Below are positions 10,951 to 23,663 of a stretch of 64,000 nt of DNA, piece by piece (positions within the stretch are counted from its first letter, which is position 1; the number at the start of each line of letters is the position of its first letter). The notes under the pieces were generated by a model that saw only the letters and a list, made by a program, of their open reading frames with translations, was not told the origin of the DNA and did no database searches. The position numbers and the translations under genes were made by a program. Origin of the DNA: Vairimorpha necatrix (taxonomy: Eukaryota); assembly GCA_036630325.1 (NCBI GenBank), contig CP142727.1:310001-374000 (forward strand), read 5' to 3'.

Positions 10951-11227
10951 AATGATGTATTTTATACTTATTAATTGACTCAGTGTCCCGAATGGCTTTA
11001 ACAGAAATGCTTTTTAAACTCTAATAAGATAATAATGTCATTGATTGTTGCATATATTGGTTATATATCTATGAGTATAATGATATATAAATGAGTGTTT
11101 AAAATATATTATCAGATTAAAGTACTGAACTTTAAATCATAGAATTTAAGGATAATATCTAAATTTTTATTCCATTTGGCCTTTACTTTTCTGGTCTTAA
11201 AATATTTCATTTTTCCCTTTTAGCATA

Positions 11228-11707
11228 ATGGACAATATTTTATCACAACTGAGAAAATCCACACAGAAAACAAACACACAGACCAAAGAGAAAGAAGAAC
11301 CAGTAGAAATTGCAGAAGAAGAGAGTTCTACTCTGAACTTGTCCTCTGCAAACTTGTCCTCTTCTTCTGTAGTCACGCCTTTTTCAATCATGAAACTTGA
11401 TTTTGATAGACTCAGAAATATCAAAGGAGACACAAATATCTCGGAAATATTAAAAACCCAGGACTATAAAATTCCGGAAGAGGCTGCTATGATAGTAAAA
11501 AAGGTAGAGAAATTCTCTGATGAAATATGTCACATTGAACTAGTAGACGAGACTGGGACTATTGGGTGCTCATGTATGTACAAATTAGTAAAAGAAAATG
11601 ATATAAAAATAGGGAATATAATAAAAATCAAGGGATTTAGTCTCTGGAAAATAGGGACAAATCATATAAACTTAGTACAAAAAAACATAATAGAGATTTA
11701 TAATTAA
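11228..11707 (+). CDS. OB-fold protein, HROB/MCM8IP (DUF4539)-like
   Basis: C-terminal LVDETGTI...IKIGNIIKIKGFSLW...HINLVQKNIIEIY resembles the HROB OB domain; low-complexity N-terminus. Confidence 0.6.
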   Translation: MDNILSQLRKSTQKTNTQTKEKEEPVEIAEEESSTLNLSSANLSSSSVVTPFSIMKLDFDRLRNIKGDTNISEILKTQDYKIPEEAAMIVKKVEKFSDEICHIELVDETGTIGCSCMYKLVKENDIKIGNIIKIKGFSLWKIGTNHINLVQKNIIEIYN

Positions 11708-11858
11708 AACACTACAATAAAATTATATTTAAGAAATTATAACACTCTAGTATAAAACTTTATATTTTTTATTTAAAGTTAAGGGAGAAATTTACATTAA
11801 AGAGCTTTTCTTTTACTTTATTTTCCTTATTTATGCTGAAATATTTTTGACCCCAAAA

Positions 11859-14450
11859 ATGGATTATATAAAAAAATTCAATGAGTTAAAAACTAATATT
11901 TATAAAAACACTGACTCTATTTTTAACCACGAAATGTCTACACTAACCCAATTACTCTCAATAAAAGACACTTCAAAAATAAATATCCACAATAAAAATG
12001 ATATTATAGCTGATTACGAATTCAAAAAAGAAGTCTTAAATTTAATCTTAGAACTAATCGAAAATAACCTAATTATTAAAGATAAATCTTTAATAAATAA
12101 AATAGCAGATTTAATTATAAAAGATATTCCAGAAATAAGTGTAGACTTCTGTTTACAACTTGAAGATTTAGTAAAAAAAATCTGGAAAATTTGTATAAAA
12201 ATATTATTTTATTGTGGGCAGATCGAAGATCTGCCCCAAATTAAAAAATTTATTGAAAATCAAAATATTCCAGATTTACGAAATATTTCACTTTCTCTAA
12301 TTTTTAAATGTGAAAATTTTAAATCTTACGATTTGGAAAATTTGAGCAATTTTTCATCTTTCTCCGTTTTATATGAAGTCGTAAAACTTTATAAAAACGA
12401 ATTACCAGAAGAAATCAAATTTAAAATTCTAGTAAATATAAATAATTTAATTTCTAAAGAAGAATATTTTTCAAATGAAAAATATTTTCTAAGTCCAAAT
12501 ATGAAAATCAAGAGCAATATAAAAATTACAGAAAAAACACTCAATTTTGCTTATTTAATTTTTTATGAGATAAATTTTTTACCTTTTTATAATTTAATAA
12601 AAGTACCAAAAGATTCTACATTTACAAATGAATACATGATGTTTCTTTATTCTTTAGTTGTAGACGAAACATCAACTTTGAAAATTCATCAAATTTTACA
12701 ATCTGAAGAAGTTTATTCTGATTTGTATAACGGAGTAAATAGTCTGGTTTTTAATCATGACAATGAAAAACAAGATATAAATCCTGAAGACGAAAAATAC
12801 CTCTTTTTTATTTTGGAAGTGGTAGTTAAAATGTTGTATACAACTGATAATGAAATTATAAAAATGTATTTTTTAATGTTTTGTGACCCATTAATGAAAT
12901 ATAGTCTAGTAAATGACTTAAATAATAATATTATTTATGATTATTTATCATATTACTGTAATGATAGGGAAACATACCTAAATATTATAGAATTTTATAA
13001 AAGTAAAAAAAATTTTAATAGAGAAAATATCTTTACAAATTCATATAATCCAAGTTTAATAAGATTCTTATGGAATATTAATCAAGATTTGTCTGTAGAA
13101 CTAGCTTTATATTCTTTGAGATCTGAAGACCCGGAAACTGTAAAAATGTGCTTCGAAATATTTGAAAAAACAGATTTAGACATTTCTAATAACATTTTAC
13201 TAAATTCTAATCATATTCGTCGTACAATATTAAAAAGTGACGAATTAATTAATATTATAATTAATTATCAAATTAATAAAAAAATCATAATTGATGATAT
13301 ATTATTAATAAACGTCATAATGAGTACAGAAAACTATAAATTCTTTGAATACGCTGAATTATTTAAAGATTTTGGGAAATATATGAACGATAAATTTTTA
13401 GAAAGATTAATTGGTAATATTGAAGGAGGTCTGGAATTTATTGAAAATCATATTACTAAAAATACAGTCAAGTTTATAAAAAATAATGAAAAATGGTTTA
13501 ATTTGTTCCTGACAAATAATAAGAAATTTTATCCGCAAATTTTTAAAATTTATGAAAAAATTTTAATGATCGATAAAAATTTGGAAATGAGTTTTGAAGA
13601 TGGATTTTTATTATTGGAAGTACCTGAATCATCAGTGTTTAGAATTTTAAGTCATAAAATTGTGCAAAATGCCTCGTTTATTGACAAAAAATCCAATATA
13701 ATAAAAAAAAATATAAAAAACAAATATATTACTAATAAAGAATTTGAAATGGATAAAGAAGTGTTAAAAGATTATGTATTGTATCTTAAAGCACGACAAA
13801 TGGTAGGAGATAATATTGAGCCACTTGTAAAATTTTTATTATCTGATTATTCCAATAGTAATGCGTCAATTGTAAATGATATTGTAGGATATTACAAATT
13901 GATGTCTGGTACAAATTTAGATGTAAAAAGTGAGAACGTGTTATGCACTTATGATTGTAAAGATACAAGTTTCGTAATCAGAAATTTTTATAAAGTAAAT
14001 GATTACGAGAAAAATTTTTTATTAATGAAATTGGACGATAATATTTCATCACAAGATGAGCATAAGATTTTAAAGATGATCAAAGATATTATAACATCGT
14101 ATTCTAGTAATAAAATGTTATATAGGCAGTGTTTGACCCTCCTACTAAAATTAAATAATATTGATGGTATAGTCAGGCTTATAGAAGATTATGATGATAA
14201 AAATTTGTTGCTAAAAATTAATATTAGAAATTTAATGACTGGTGGATTATATTTCAATCCTAAGCTTATTAATGTAGGGAATCAAGATTTACAAGTAGCA
14301 GCAGTTAGTTTATTGTATTTTAAGAATGTTTGGAATATTAATTCATTGAGGAATTGGATATCAATGCTTTATAAAGAGTGTAGAGATAATGAAGATATAA
14401 AATATCTTGTTGATGATATAAGTAAGAAACATGATATTGAAATTTATTAA
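11859..14450 (+). CDS. Large hypothetical, probably alpha-helical protein (about 860 aa)
   Basis: Long ORF; ccccaaaaATG; no motif recognised. Confidence 0.8.
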   Translation: MDYIKKFNELKTNIYKNTDSIFNHEMSTLTQLLSIKDTSKINIHNKNDIIADYEFKKEVLNLILELIENNLIIKDKSLINKIADLIIKDIPEISVDFCLQLEDLVKKIWKICIKILFYCGQIEDLPQIKKFIENQNIPDLRNISLSLIFKCENFKSYDLENLSNFSSFSVLYEVVKLYKNELPEEIKFKILVNINNLISKEEYFSNEKYFLSPNMKIKSNIKITEKTLNFAYLIFYEINFLPFYNLIKVPKDSTFTNEYMMFLYSLVVDETSTLKIHQILQSEEVYSDLYNGVNSLVFNHDNEKQDINPEDEKYLFFILEVVVKMLYTTDNEIIKMYFLMFCDPLMKYSLVNDLNNNIIYDYLSYYCNDRETYLNIIEFYKSKKNFNRENIFTNSYNPSLIRFLWNINQDLSVELALYSLRSEDPETVKMCFEIFEKTDLDISNNILLNSNHIRRTILKSDELINIIINYQINKKIIIDDILLINVIMSTENYKFFEYAELFKDFGKYMNDKFLERLIGNIEGGLEFIENHITKNTVKFIKNNEKWFNLFLTNNKKFYPQIFKIYEKILMIDKNLEMSFEDGFLLLEVPESSVFRILSHKIVQNASFIDKKSNIIKKNIKNKYITNKEFEMDKEVLKDYVLYLKARQMVGDNIEPLVKFLLSDYSNSNASIVNDIVGYYKLMSGTNLDVKSENVLCTYDCKDTSFVIRNFYKVNDYEKNFLLMKLDDNISSQDEHKILKMIKDIITSYSSNKMLYRQCLTLLLKLNNIDGIVRLIEDYDDKNLLLKINIRNLMTGGLYFNPKLINVGNQDLQVAAVSLLYFKNVWNINSLRNWISMLYKECRDNEDIKYLVDDISKKHDIEIY

Positions 14451-16280
14451 ATAAAAATTTTTTAAGTATGAAAAAAAAATATTTTTAAGAGGTAAATATA
14501 TAATTATCAATATAAGTTGACATGAGAAAAATCATGACCGAGATGTCACTTGTTTTTTTAATATTTTTTAGGTTTTGGTCAAAAACTCATTGGATTTCCT
14601 TATAAGTAAACATAACTTCAAGGGTTGATTGCCAAAAAGTCAATTTTTTATTTTATTTTCATTTAATTTTGTTATCATACTGTTCAAATTTAGCATACGA
14701 AATATCTGCGCGCTAAAATTAGGCAAAGCCCAATTTATTTAAAAAAAAATAAAAATTTGTTTATTTCGTTATAATACCTTCTATTCTTCTTTAACTTTCC
14801 ATAGACAACGTTCGACTTTTCCATTATCAGCCACAGAGTTCCTCGCCGACTTAATAACCTTTTCTTAAATAACAAGCCTATGTTAAATTAAGCCAGCTAA
14901 GGGTTACGAGGTCATTTAAAGAGCTCATGTTTGTATATGCTTCCGTTTGAGTTCAATAGAAGTATTTTAGAGAGCGTGTGTAAAAATTACAATTCTGTCC
15001 CAAGTCGTCGCGTAAGATATACTTTTTAGCTCGTATTAGTAGAAAAATCTTAGTATAAAAAAGCTAATTATAAGGTGTTAGTGTTATCAATAAAATTAAA
15101 ATATTTTTTCATAACATAAAATTCAAATTTATAACCGTAGAATTACACAAGAAAGGTATTTAAACTCCTCAATTATATGTTTTATGAAAAAAATATAATT
15201 TTTAACTAAGACATGCTCCAGCAAAAGAACGTTTAAATAATTAGTTTTTGTGGTAAAAAACGTTTAATCTATCGGTTAATTTTTTTTTAAAATTGTCAAA
15301 ATTTTAAAGCCAGAATGATAATTGAAATCGAAATTGATCAAATCAGTTATTAAATCTTCTTCTTTGTTTTTTTACTGAAAATTTATAATTTTAATCTATT
15401 TACATAATTAAAAGTATAATATTACATAATTGATTTAGAATGCATGCAATTAATGAATATAATTCTTAAATCATTGTGTCTTTCATATAACAGTTTTTAA
15501 TTTCATAGTCGTTTAAGTTTTTTTTAAGAAAATTTCAATTGATTTCGAAAATAAATTCTTTGTAAGCATTAACATGTCCAAGAGGTATTAAATAATTTAA
15601 AGGGATGTTTCTTTTACGGAGATATTGCATTAATTACTTCAATTAGTATACTAGAGCACTTGGTCCTAATGTTTGTATTCTTGGTAGACGAAATATTCCA
15701 ATAATTGGTTAATTCTGATCGCTCAAGTTCAATGCATTAATACAGCATAGCCATTGTTTTCAAATATATTTATACTAACAAATATGATTTACAAATTATT
15801 AAACGTTTACTGCGATTGCCGGACTGCTTTTTATTGTTTTATTCATTCTTAACAATTAAGTTTTACTTCACTTGATGACATCTAGTTAGTGTATTGATAC
15901 ACTAGTTAAATATTTATTAAAAATCGTTGAGTCACGCCCAGTCAAGATTTTTTCCATTTAAAATTAACACTTCTTTGTCATGCAGTAAGGCTTTAAGAAC
16001 AAATCGATATGTGACGTCATTATAGTGCATAAATTCCCTTAATTATCCCATTTTCTAATTAAATTATTTATAAAAATCGTTAAGTACATTCTATATAATT
16101 CATATGAATATTCGTTAGTTTATATCTTTTTCTATAATCTATTATTATAGATTAGAAATATTTGATAATTAAATCTTGAAGAATTTATCGATCTTTGTAA
16201 TAAAACATGTATGTGCAATTGAAAATGAAAGTTGTTTCTAAGTATTTTTTTCGAAAAAAAGTAAAAAAATTGCCCCTTTA

Positions 16281-17255
16281 ATGTATTCATTTTTTTATTT
16301 TGTCCAATTATCTACAACAATGATCGATGTAATTACAACAACTAATAACCAAACATATCCACTGGACGCTATTATAGACAAAACCAACGAGAAAATTTGC
16401 GATACATTGATGAAAAACTTTAATGAAATTGAAATTTTATATGAAACTGTTGTTTACTTTGCAAAACTTATTTGGAATGCTGTAACAAAACATCCATCTT
16501 TTCGTATTTGGAACAATAAAATATTTTTAGACTATGAAAGTACTCAAAAAAGAAAACAAATGATGGATAAATTTATTGATATGATCTTAGATATTTTTAA
16601 TTCAAAAGAAAAATATCCATCGTCGAAAGAATTGTTATCGAGCGCAGAGATAGATATTATTAATGATCTAAACAATGAACCAAGATATTCTTTAACGGTT
16701 TCTGAAATGAGATTTCTTATTAACCTTAAAGATGCCACAATTGAATATTATAATATGTTAAATTTTTGCGATAAAAACAATTCAGATAAATTATTTTCGA
16801 TAAAAGATATGATTCAAAAAATTGTAATGGAAAGCACGTGTTTTACTTGTGAAACTGGGGTTGATTTTCCGGATATAGTTGTTAAAATGTGTTATCGTAC
16901 GAAGGAAATCTATACTAAATGTTTCGGTCAAGCGGGAATTAGATATTTCGCAGGCAACGTTACTGAAAATCGCAAAAAATATCTAATCTCCGATTGTTAT
17001 AATGAAAGTTATGATTTTTTGGACTTTAATATAGAAAAAGAAGATACTATTAAAATCAAAAAAGATATTAATTATTTTGACATTGAAGACGATGCACCTA
17101 GTACGGGTTATTGGTTTGATTTTTTATTTAGTGTATTGATGATTATCATCCTTACAATATTTGCTTTGATCATTTTTAAGTGCATACTAAAATATAGTAA
17201 GAAATGTTATAAAAAATACATAAAATATAGGAGGAGGGAATTGTTAAGTGTCTAA
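16281..17255 (+). CDS. Putative type I membrane / surface protein
   Basis: gcccctttaATG; hydrophobic N-terminus; C-terminal TM (FLFSVLMIIILTIFALIIF) followed by basic tail. Confidence 0.75.
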   Translation: MYSFFYFVQLSTTMIDVITTTNNQTYPLDAIIDKTNEKICDTLMKNFNEIEILYETVVYFAKLIWNAVTKHPSFRIWNNKIFLDYESTQKRKQMMDKFIDMILDIFNSKEKYPSSKELLSSAEIDIINDLNNEPRYSLTVSEMRFLINLKDATIEYYNMLNFCDKNNSDKLFSIKDMIQKIVMESTCFTCETGVDFPDIVVKMCYRTKEIYTKCFGQAGIRYFAGNVTENRKKYLISDCYNESYDFLDFNIEKEDTIKIKKDINYFDIEDDAPSTGYWFDFLFSVLMIIILTIFALIIFKCILKYSKKCYKKYIKYRRRELLSV

Positions 17256-18199
17256 GCAAATGCATTATAAAAAAAAACTATTCATCAAAAATAAAATTAT
17301 TTAGGAATCAGAATTACTACTTTGATAAATTATTTTTTTTTATGAGCTAAACGTAAGAATGTCTTTGATTAAAAAATTTAAATGATATTGGATTTTATTA
17401 ATTGAAATGATCATATTACAATAAAATTCATAAAATTAATTCATAAATTGTGAATATCGTTTCATTTTACAAAAAAGTCTTCAATATATATTTTATATAG
17501 AATACAGACTTAAATGAACATAAAACACAACTGATTATAATAAATATCTCAAAAATACAAATATCTGTTGATGATACATGTGCTTACAAACTAAAAATTT
17601 ATACTTAGTGTTTTTATAAAAAAAAAAAATTTGAATAAATTTTTATTTATATTAGATATTTAATATTGTACTTTCGTAAAAAACAACAATTTGAACAATT
17701 TATCAAACAAAAACAAAGTATGTTGTATAAATTTACACTGATACATTGTGGTCATATTTTTATTTTTTCGAATTATGATTTGTGATAGGAATTCACCTTA
17801 AAATTTTGTTGTATTAAATTTATCGATACAATATCTATGAAAAATAAAAATTAACATTTTTAGTGACTATAAGATACCGCAATCTTATTTCAAACAAAAA
17901 TACGTTCGCCTTTTATTTATTTCTGATAGATATTTATATAATTTCTTCAATGGTTTATATTATAAAAAAAAGTATAAAGAGTTCATAATAGTTTTTTTTA
18001 TGTGTGTTTCTGCTAAATTATACAATTTGATTCTTATTTTAATTCGCTCAATAAAATTTAGGTTTTTACACCAAAGTATCTGTTTTTTTTTGTCGCACAA
18101 ATGTTAGATATAAAATTGTTGTAACTTTAGATCATTATACAACTAAAAATACAAAGACCTTTTAAACATTAAAATCGATAAAATAACAACTAAATAAAA

Positions 18200-18830
18200 T
18201 TATAACATGGCTGGTTGAAATCCATGAAGACCACTAGGGTTTTAATTTCCATGATACTATTGGAACAACTCAGATGTTATACAATCAAAATTATTATAAA
18301 GTTGATTCAACGAAAAAAGTGCGCTTATCCATGGGAAGATTGGCTTCTGTGCAGAAAGGACTTTAGCCACAAATCAGAAACACCTCTGATAGATAATCTA
18401 AACATTAAAGTATCTTCTAATTTCGGCCTAACAGAAGCCCACGACTAAAGCGCTCTGTGGTGTGATCTCAAAGCCAACTAATAGACCAGACGATGAAGAA
18501 CAAAAAAGGTCTCGTGGACTGTTTCATATGTAATTTGTGACTCGGAACCCAAGTTTGAGAAACTATCTGTCAACGTAGTGTATAAAATGCTGAGCTAGTG
18601 ATGTATCGATTTAAGGAGCCGTGTGTGCGATACAGATAATTGCATCTACCCTTGAACCAGTACGATGATGTTTCTATTCAATTTACATAAACCATGGGCG
18701 CTAGTATTTTCGCTGCAAGGTCCCACAACACAGATTGAGGTATAGATGGAAAAATATACGTCTGGCACTAAAGGCTTATGGATACGATGGAGCTGGCTGC
18801 ACTAAAAAGTTATGTTGAACCAAATAATTT
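18200..18830 (+). pseudogene. Possible highly decayed non-LTR reverse transcriptase relic
   Basis: GC-richer patch; NVVYKMLS near 18571 resembles the LLNVxYKILS motif of RTE-like RTs. Confidence 0.3.
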
Positions 18831-19559
18831 TGTATCTCATAATTAGTTGATATAAACACTTCCAAAATTTTTTGGTCTAAATGGAAAGCTTCTGCCTGCT
18901 TCTTTTTGCAAGGAAAAAAAACGTGAACCTTACTATAAGCTCATAATCATTTTAAAATCATTGCTAAATATTTGAAACTATATATTACGATTTCTTCAAC
19001 ATTATACTTTGTTTTTTTTGATCTTTCCTCGAACAATTGTTTGAGTTTTTTAAAAAGTAATTTTATATATGGGATTTTTTTCAGATTTCCACAAAATACT
19101 TAATGCTGATATTTATATAAATAAAAAATACCATAATAGATCATATATTATAAACCCAAGTAAACATCTTTCAGTCATATTTGAACACACACCCAAATAC
19201 GAGGAAATTATAATTAAATATATATATTCGTTGTGAATATTTCAATTTCCTCTAAAAATTATATTAATGATTATAAACACATATTGTGGATAATAATATC
19301 AATTGGTTATCTATTTGGCTTCTAATTGTAACTCAAGTCTCTGTAGCAATTTTAGTTTTTGTGAATAGTTAAATACATTGTTTGAGACGCGTTATTTCGT
19401 TTTCTAAAACCTTTTAAAAAATTTAACTCTTCTCTATCATCTTCGACAAAAATAACAACTTGGATCTGAGTAATCGGACGATGTAAAATACCTTTTAAAA
19501 AAAATTTCTTATGTGATATTTTCACTATTAAATTGTTCATATCATACGATATATATAAT

Positions 19560-19810
19560 TGTGGTATCCCAGGGAAACCCGCCCGGTTATGAAGTAATAT
19601 TCTAAAATACTTTTAATAAATTGTTTTTTATTTGTTACAGTCCCTCTGGACTCTCTAACATGACGCTCTTTGGTCCTCTCATCCATCTCCTTTTATGTCC
19701 CCTTCCTTTTCTGAAAATATATTTATAGTAAATTTTGTTCATGAAAATTCAATGAGAGTTTTGACAGGGAGAGAAATAAAATAAATGTTGAAGACTAACA
19801 GTCTACAACA
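19560..19810. mobile_element. Solo LTR (251 bp)
   Basis: TGTGGTATC...CAACA ends; 5-bp TSD ATAAT (19555-19559, 19811-19815); first 9 nt match the Gypsy LTR start. Confidence 0.6.
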
Positions 19811-20748
19811 ATAATCAAAACCATCACTTATACTATATTTCCAGGAAAATCTTTTTAAAAAACTTTTAATATGATACAATAGATATGTGGCTACTTATTT
19901 AATAATATGCAATGTACGAAAGTAAAAAAAGGAAATACACTGCTAATTCGTAGTTTTTAAATTTTACAATTTATTGAAATTTTTTAAATTAAGTGTATTA
20001 AAGGATAAAAATTAAAATTGTATCTATCTGTTTTATGGATCCCATATTTACTTGAACTAAAAACATTTATTAAATTATTTAGTTTACATTAAAATCCCTC
20101 TATTTTTTTATTCTCTTCTAGTTCAAATGATCTATTAATATAAAAACATTATATCATGTGGCTTAGGTTTACTTATACTCTGGGTTTATGCCATGGTGTC
20201 GTTATAAAGCTTAAATATTCATATTTTTTTAATTGTAATTTGCACAACATTCGTCATACTACAAATAATATGTAATAAACTGATTTTACATAAAAATAGC
20301 AACTTAAATATTTGCATATTAAATTTTCAATTCGGTTTTTTAAGAAAGCAAAAAATATCTATGCCAGATAATAGAGATTTTTATAATGAATGCACACATT
20401 TTAAGATTACGTCTCAGTTTGCAAATTCAATATATAATAAGAAAATTTGGTATATACAAAGCAATCTTCATGATTTGTTTTTTAATAACGAGTTGTTAGC
20501 ATTATAAATGTCGTCTAATAAAAAGAAGATCGAATTTAATGGTTAGTATGTTGTTACTATTCTTAAAAACAAAACACCTTTTTTTGTATTTAATGCGAGA
20601 AATTGATCATATTAATGAGATACAACTCCAAAATATGTAATTTTCATATCTAATAGGTCTCTTGGTGACGTTTCAATAAATAGACATCGAACGTATATCC
20701 AATACAAATAAAGCAGCCTTTTTATAGAGTTGTGTCAAAAGAAGAATG

Positions 20749-20887
20749 TATATATATATATATATATATATAAAACTTTCAAAATATCCAATCTTTAAAT
20801 ACTTACATACTATGCAACTCTCGATTCAAAATCAGTTTTGCATTTCATGTGATTCAAGGATATATATATATATATATATATATATAT
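20749..20887. repeat. Two (TA)n microsatellites
   Basis: TA runs at 20749-20772 and 20860-20887. Confidence 0.9.
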
Positions 20888-22009
20888 GGATATTGTTAAA
20901 GAGTAAGAACGCAATAGACATAAATGGATCTGTGTTAACATAAGTATAAAAACAAAATATTGTTGTTTTAATGTGTCTTTAACTTCAAAGCCGAGTTTTT
21001 GATGATTATGGAACCTGTCTATAGGCATATAAGGCAAATGAGATTTTTTGAATTATATGTATTCGTTTAATAAACAAAAAAAAAACAGTTCAGTTTATAT
21101 TTTAGTTGATTAAAAAGTATTTAAGTTTCAATTTGTAAAATTAAAGATTAAGAGATCTTGAAGATTCGGCATTTTTAGGTGGTAAAGGCCACAAAGTCTA
21201 TTTTTTAACGGCAAAAGCTATACCTTATAGATTGCTGCCTAGCTATATTTAAGTGCAATATAAATAAATCTAAAACTTCTTACTTTTCAAAGTGCATGTT
21301 AATAACGCAGTTACTATTTTACATATGTTTAAGACAAGTCACTTTCAAAATAAATGTGATGACAACTTTTTGGAATAAAATCCCTCAGTTATGAGTCATA
21401 TGACGATCAATTAGCACATTATGATCAATCATGCATAATTTTTAGTGCGCAAAGGATTGAGAGTTAATAAAAAGCTATATTATTTTAAAGACATATTGGA
21501 GTTTTTAAAAAAAATAACTGGGATTTTCGTAAAAACATCACTTAAATTTGTTTAAAACAAAAAATTTAAGATATACGCCTACCTAAGACATTACGTTTAC
21601 CCTTAAACAATAATATTGTATAATAATTATTTTCTATTATTAAAAATTTTAATTTTTTAAACTGTTTATTTGAACGTGCATTTGTAATGGTGCAAAAGTC
21701 CAATATATGAGCAAATTTTGGATTTCCGTAACATAATCAAGATATTTCTATATAAATAATACGGTCGAAAATACTGTATATTACTACTTATTATAGCATT
21801 TTTGAAATGTTAAAAACAATCTAAGTACTAAAAAGAGACCTTTTTGCTATGATTGCAATGAGAGGATATATCGGAATGACAAAGAATTGAATGTAGACTT
21901 TAAAAATGTTTGCTATTCTTAGAAATGCAAAGTAAAAAACCTATAAAAATATTTTCAAAAACTATCTTAAAAAGAAAACATACAAAATTGTGTTCATTGA
22001 AAATAAATT

Positions 22010-22870
22010 TTATTGTTTGTTTTTGATCTCACTTTTTAACAAATTACATATATTTTGTATAGGTAATAAGTATTTATCTATTTTTTCGTAAAATTTGCCT
22101 ATGATATTTGTTAACAGTTCCATTTGATCTATAATAAAACACAGATCAAGAGAATTGATAGTAGTCTCTTGCAATATACACATTTTTGTATGGTATAGTA
22201 TTTTAGACAACGAAATGGTACTAATTAATTTACGAATGGAAAATTCTAAAGTCTGATAATGATTAAGAAAATATATACTGCTGTTGATAACTATATTATT
22301 GTGTGTATTGTTTGCTAAAATCCCAATTAATTCTTCAACAAAATCACAGATAAATATATAAAAATCTTTTTTGTTTTTAGTCAATTCTAAATTCTGTATC
22401 ATTTCTTTTAAAGCTTTAATGTGAATACTGGTCCCTTTTTTTAATCTAAATCCCGTAAAATAATGTTTTTTTCTATTCGTTTGAATTTCATTGAAAACAT
22501 CATCATACATAAAAAATTGTCCTTCGGAACAGTTGTTTATTTTATTTGAATTACTTCTTATTTCAGATAACTCATTATAAATATCTATTGATCTACCTAG
22601 TTCAACCAAAAGTAGATAATGATCATCCTTATTTTTAATCAAATGATTATCTATGACATTATAAAGCAAATTTAATTCTTCGAAATTCAATCTATTCAAA
22701 TTTCTTTTTATAAACTCACACTCAACAATGTCTTTCGCCGTTCTTTTATAACATAAATCATATAGTTGAATATTATGACTATTGTTATTGTAAAAAGATT
22801 CAGTATTATCTGAACAAAATACTACCAACAATGTGTAAAAAAGGATAATTTTTATATTAGCAGAAAACAT
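22010..22870 (-). CDS. Putative secreted protein, family member 1
   Basis: Signal-peptide-like N-terminus ending FCS; VIDNHLIKNKDDHYLLLVEL and ILYHTKMCILQE shared with paralogs; cccctATG. Confidence 0.8.
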   Translation of the reverse strand: MFSANIKIILFYTLLVVFCSDNTESFYNNNSHNIQLYDLCYKRTAKDIVECEFIKRNLNRLNFEELNLLYNVIDNHLIKNKDDHYLLLVELGRSIDIYNELSEIRSNSNKINNCSEGQFFMYDDVFNEIQTNRKKHYFTGFRLKKGTSIHIKALKEMIQNLELTKNKKDFYIFICDFVEELIGILANNTHNNIVINSSIYFLNHYQTLEFSIRKLISTISLSKILYHTKMCILQETTINSLDLCFIIDQMELLTNIIGKFYEKIDKYLLPIQNICNLLKSEIKNKQ

Positions 22871-23663
22871 AGGGGCATTAAATATAAAAAATTAATATTT
22901 ATATTTTTGCAATGTTTAGAATGAGTCAACACCTTAAATTTAGAATACAAAGTTTAATCATTTATAATTTATTATATACCCATAACTAAAGATCATTTAA
23001 ATGTGATATATAATTTACGAAATGAAAACCCTCTTTTTTTGAAAACACATGATCATTTCTATTTCTCATGTATATTATAAAAAAGCGCAAATGTAACTCG
23101 TCTTTTAACTCGAAATTGGTACACTTTATTATATTACAAATGTATATAAATATGTAAATTTCATTTTTTATAAATCTTTAGATCATGTTTACAGTAAAAA
23201 CTAATAAACAATGGATAATATCAAAGGCTTAAATCAAGGCTAATCTTTTGGCCATACTTGCAATAAAATGAAGCAATTTATAACTCCTTAACTATTTTTT
23301 TGTAAACACCTATGTTTACTTTTTGGATAACTCACTAATGCCAAAAATTACCTGACAGAACGCGAATTTGAAAGAATTATTTTTTTAGATATTAAAAATT
23401 AATGACCGTAAATTGTTTCATTTTTTGAAAGAGTTCGCAGTCATTATATATATTGCCCGCATATCGTCTATTTTGAATATTTATATTACTGTTAAAATCG
23501 TCTGTGACGATGCACTAGGTTTTTTGTGAATCTTGATATTATGTGGACAGGAAAATTATATTATGATTCGAGTTAGAAGAAGTAAAGAAAAGAAATGGGC
23601 TTTTAAATACCAGATTTTCCTTGTCGCATACCTGTAGAAATTGTATTCATAAACAATTCATAA

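Noticed and set aside
11859-14450. Nucleoporin (Nup192/188-like) assignment
   Set aside because: Only size and helical character support it; no recognisable motif
20746-21037. ORFs with YIYIYI repeats
   Set aside because: Translation of (TA)n microsatellites
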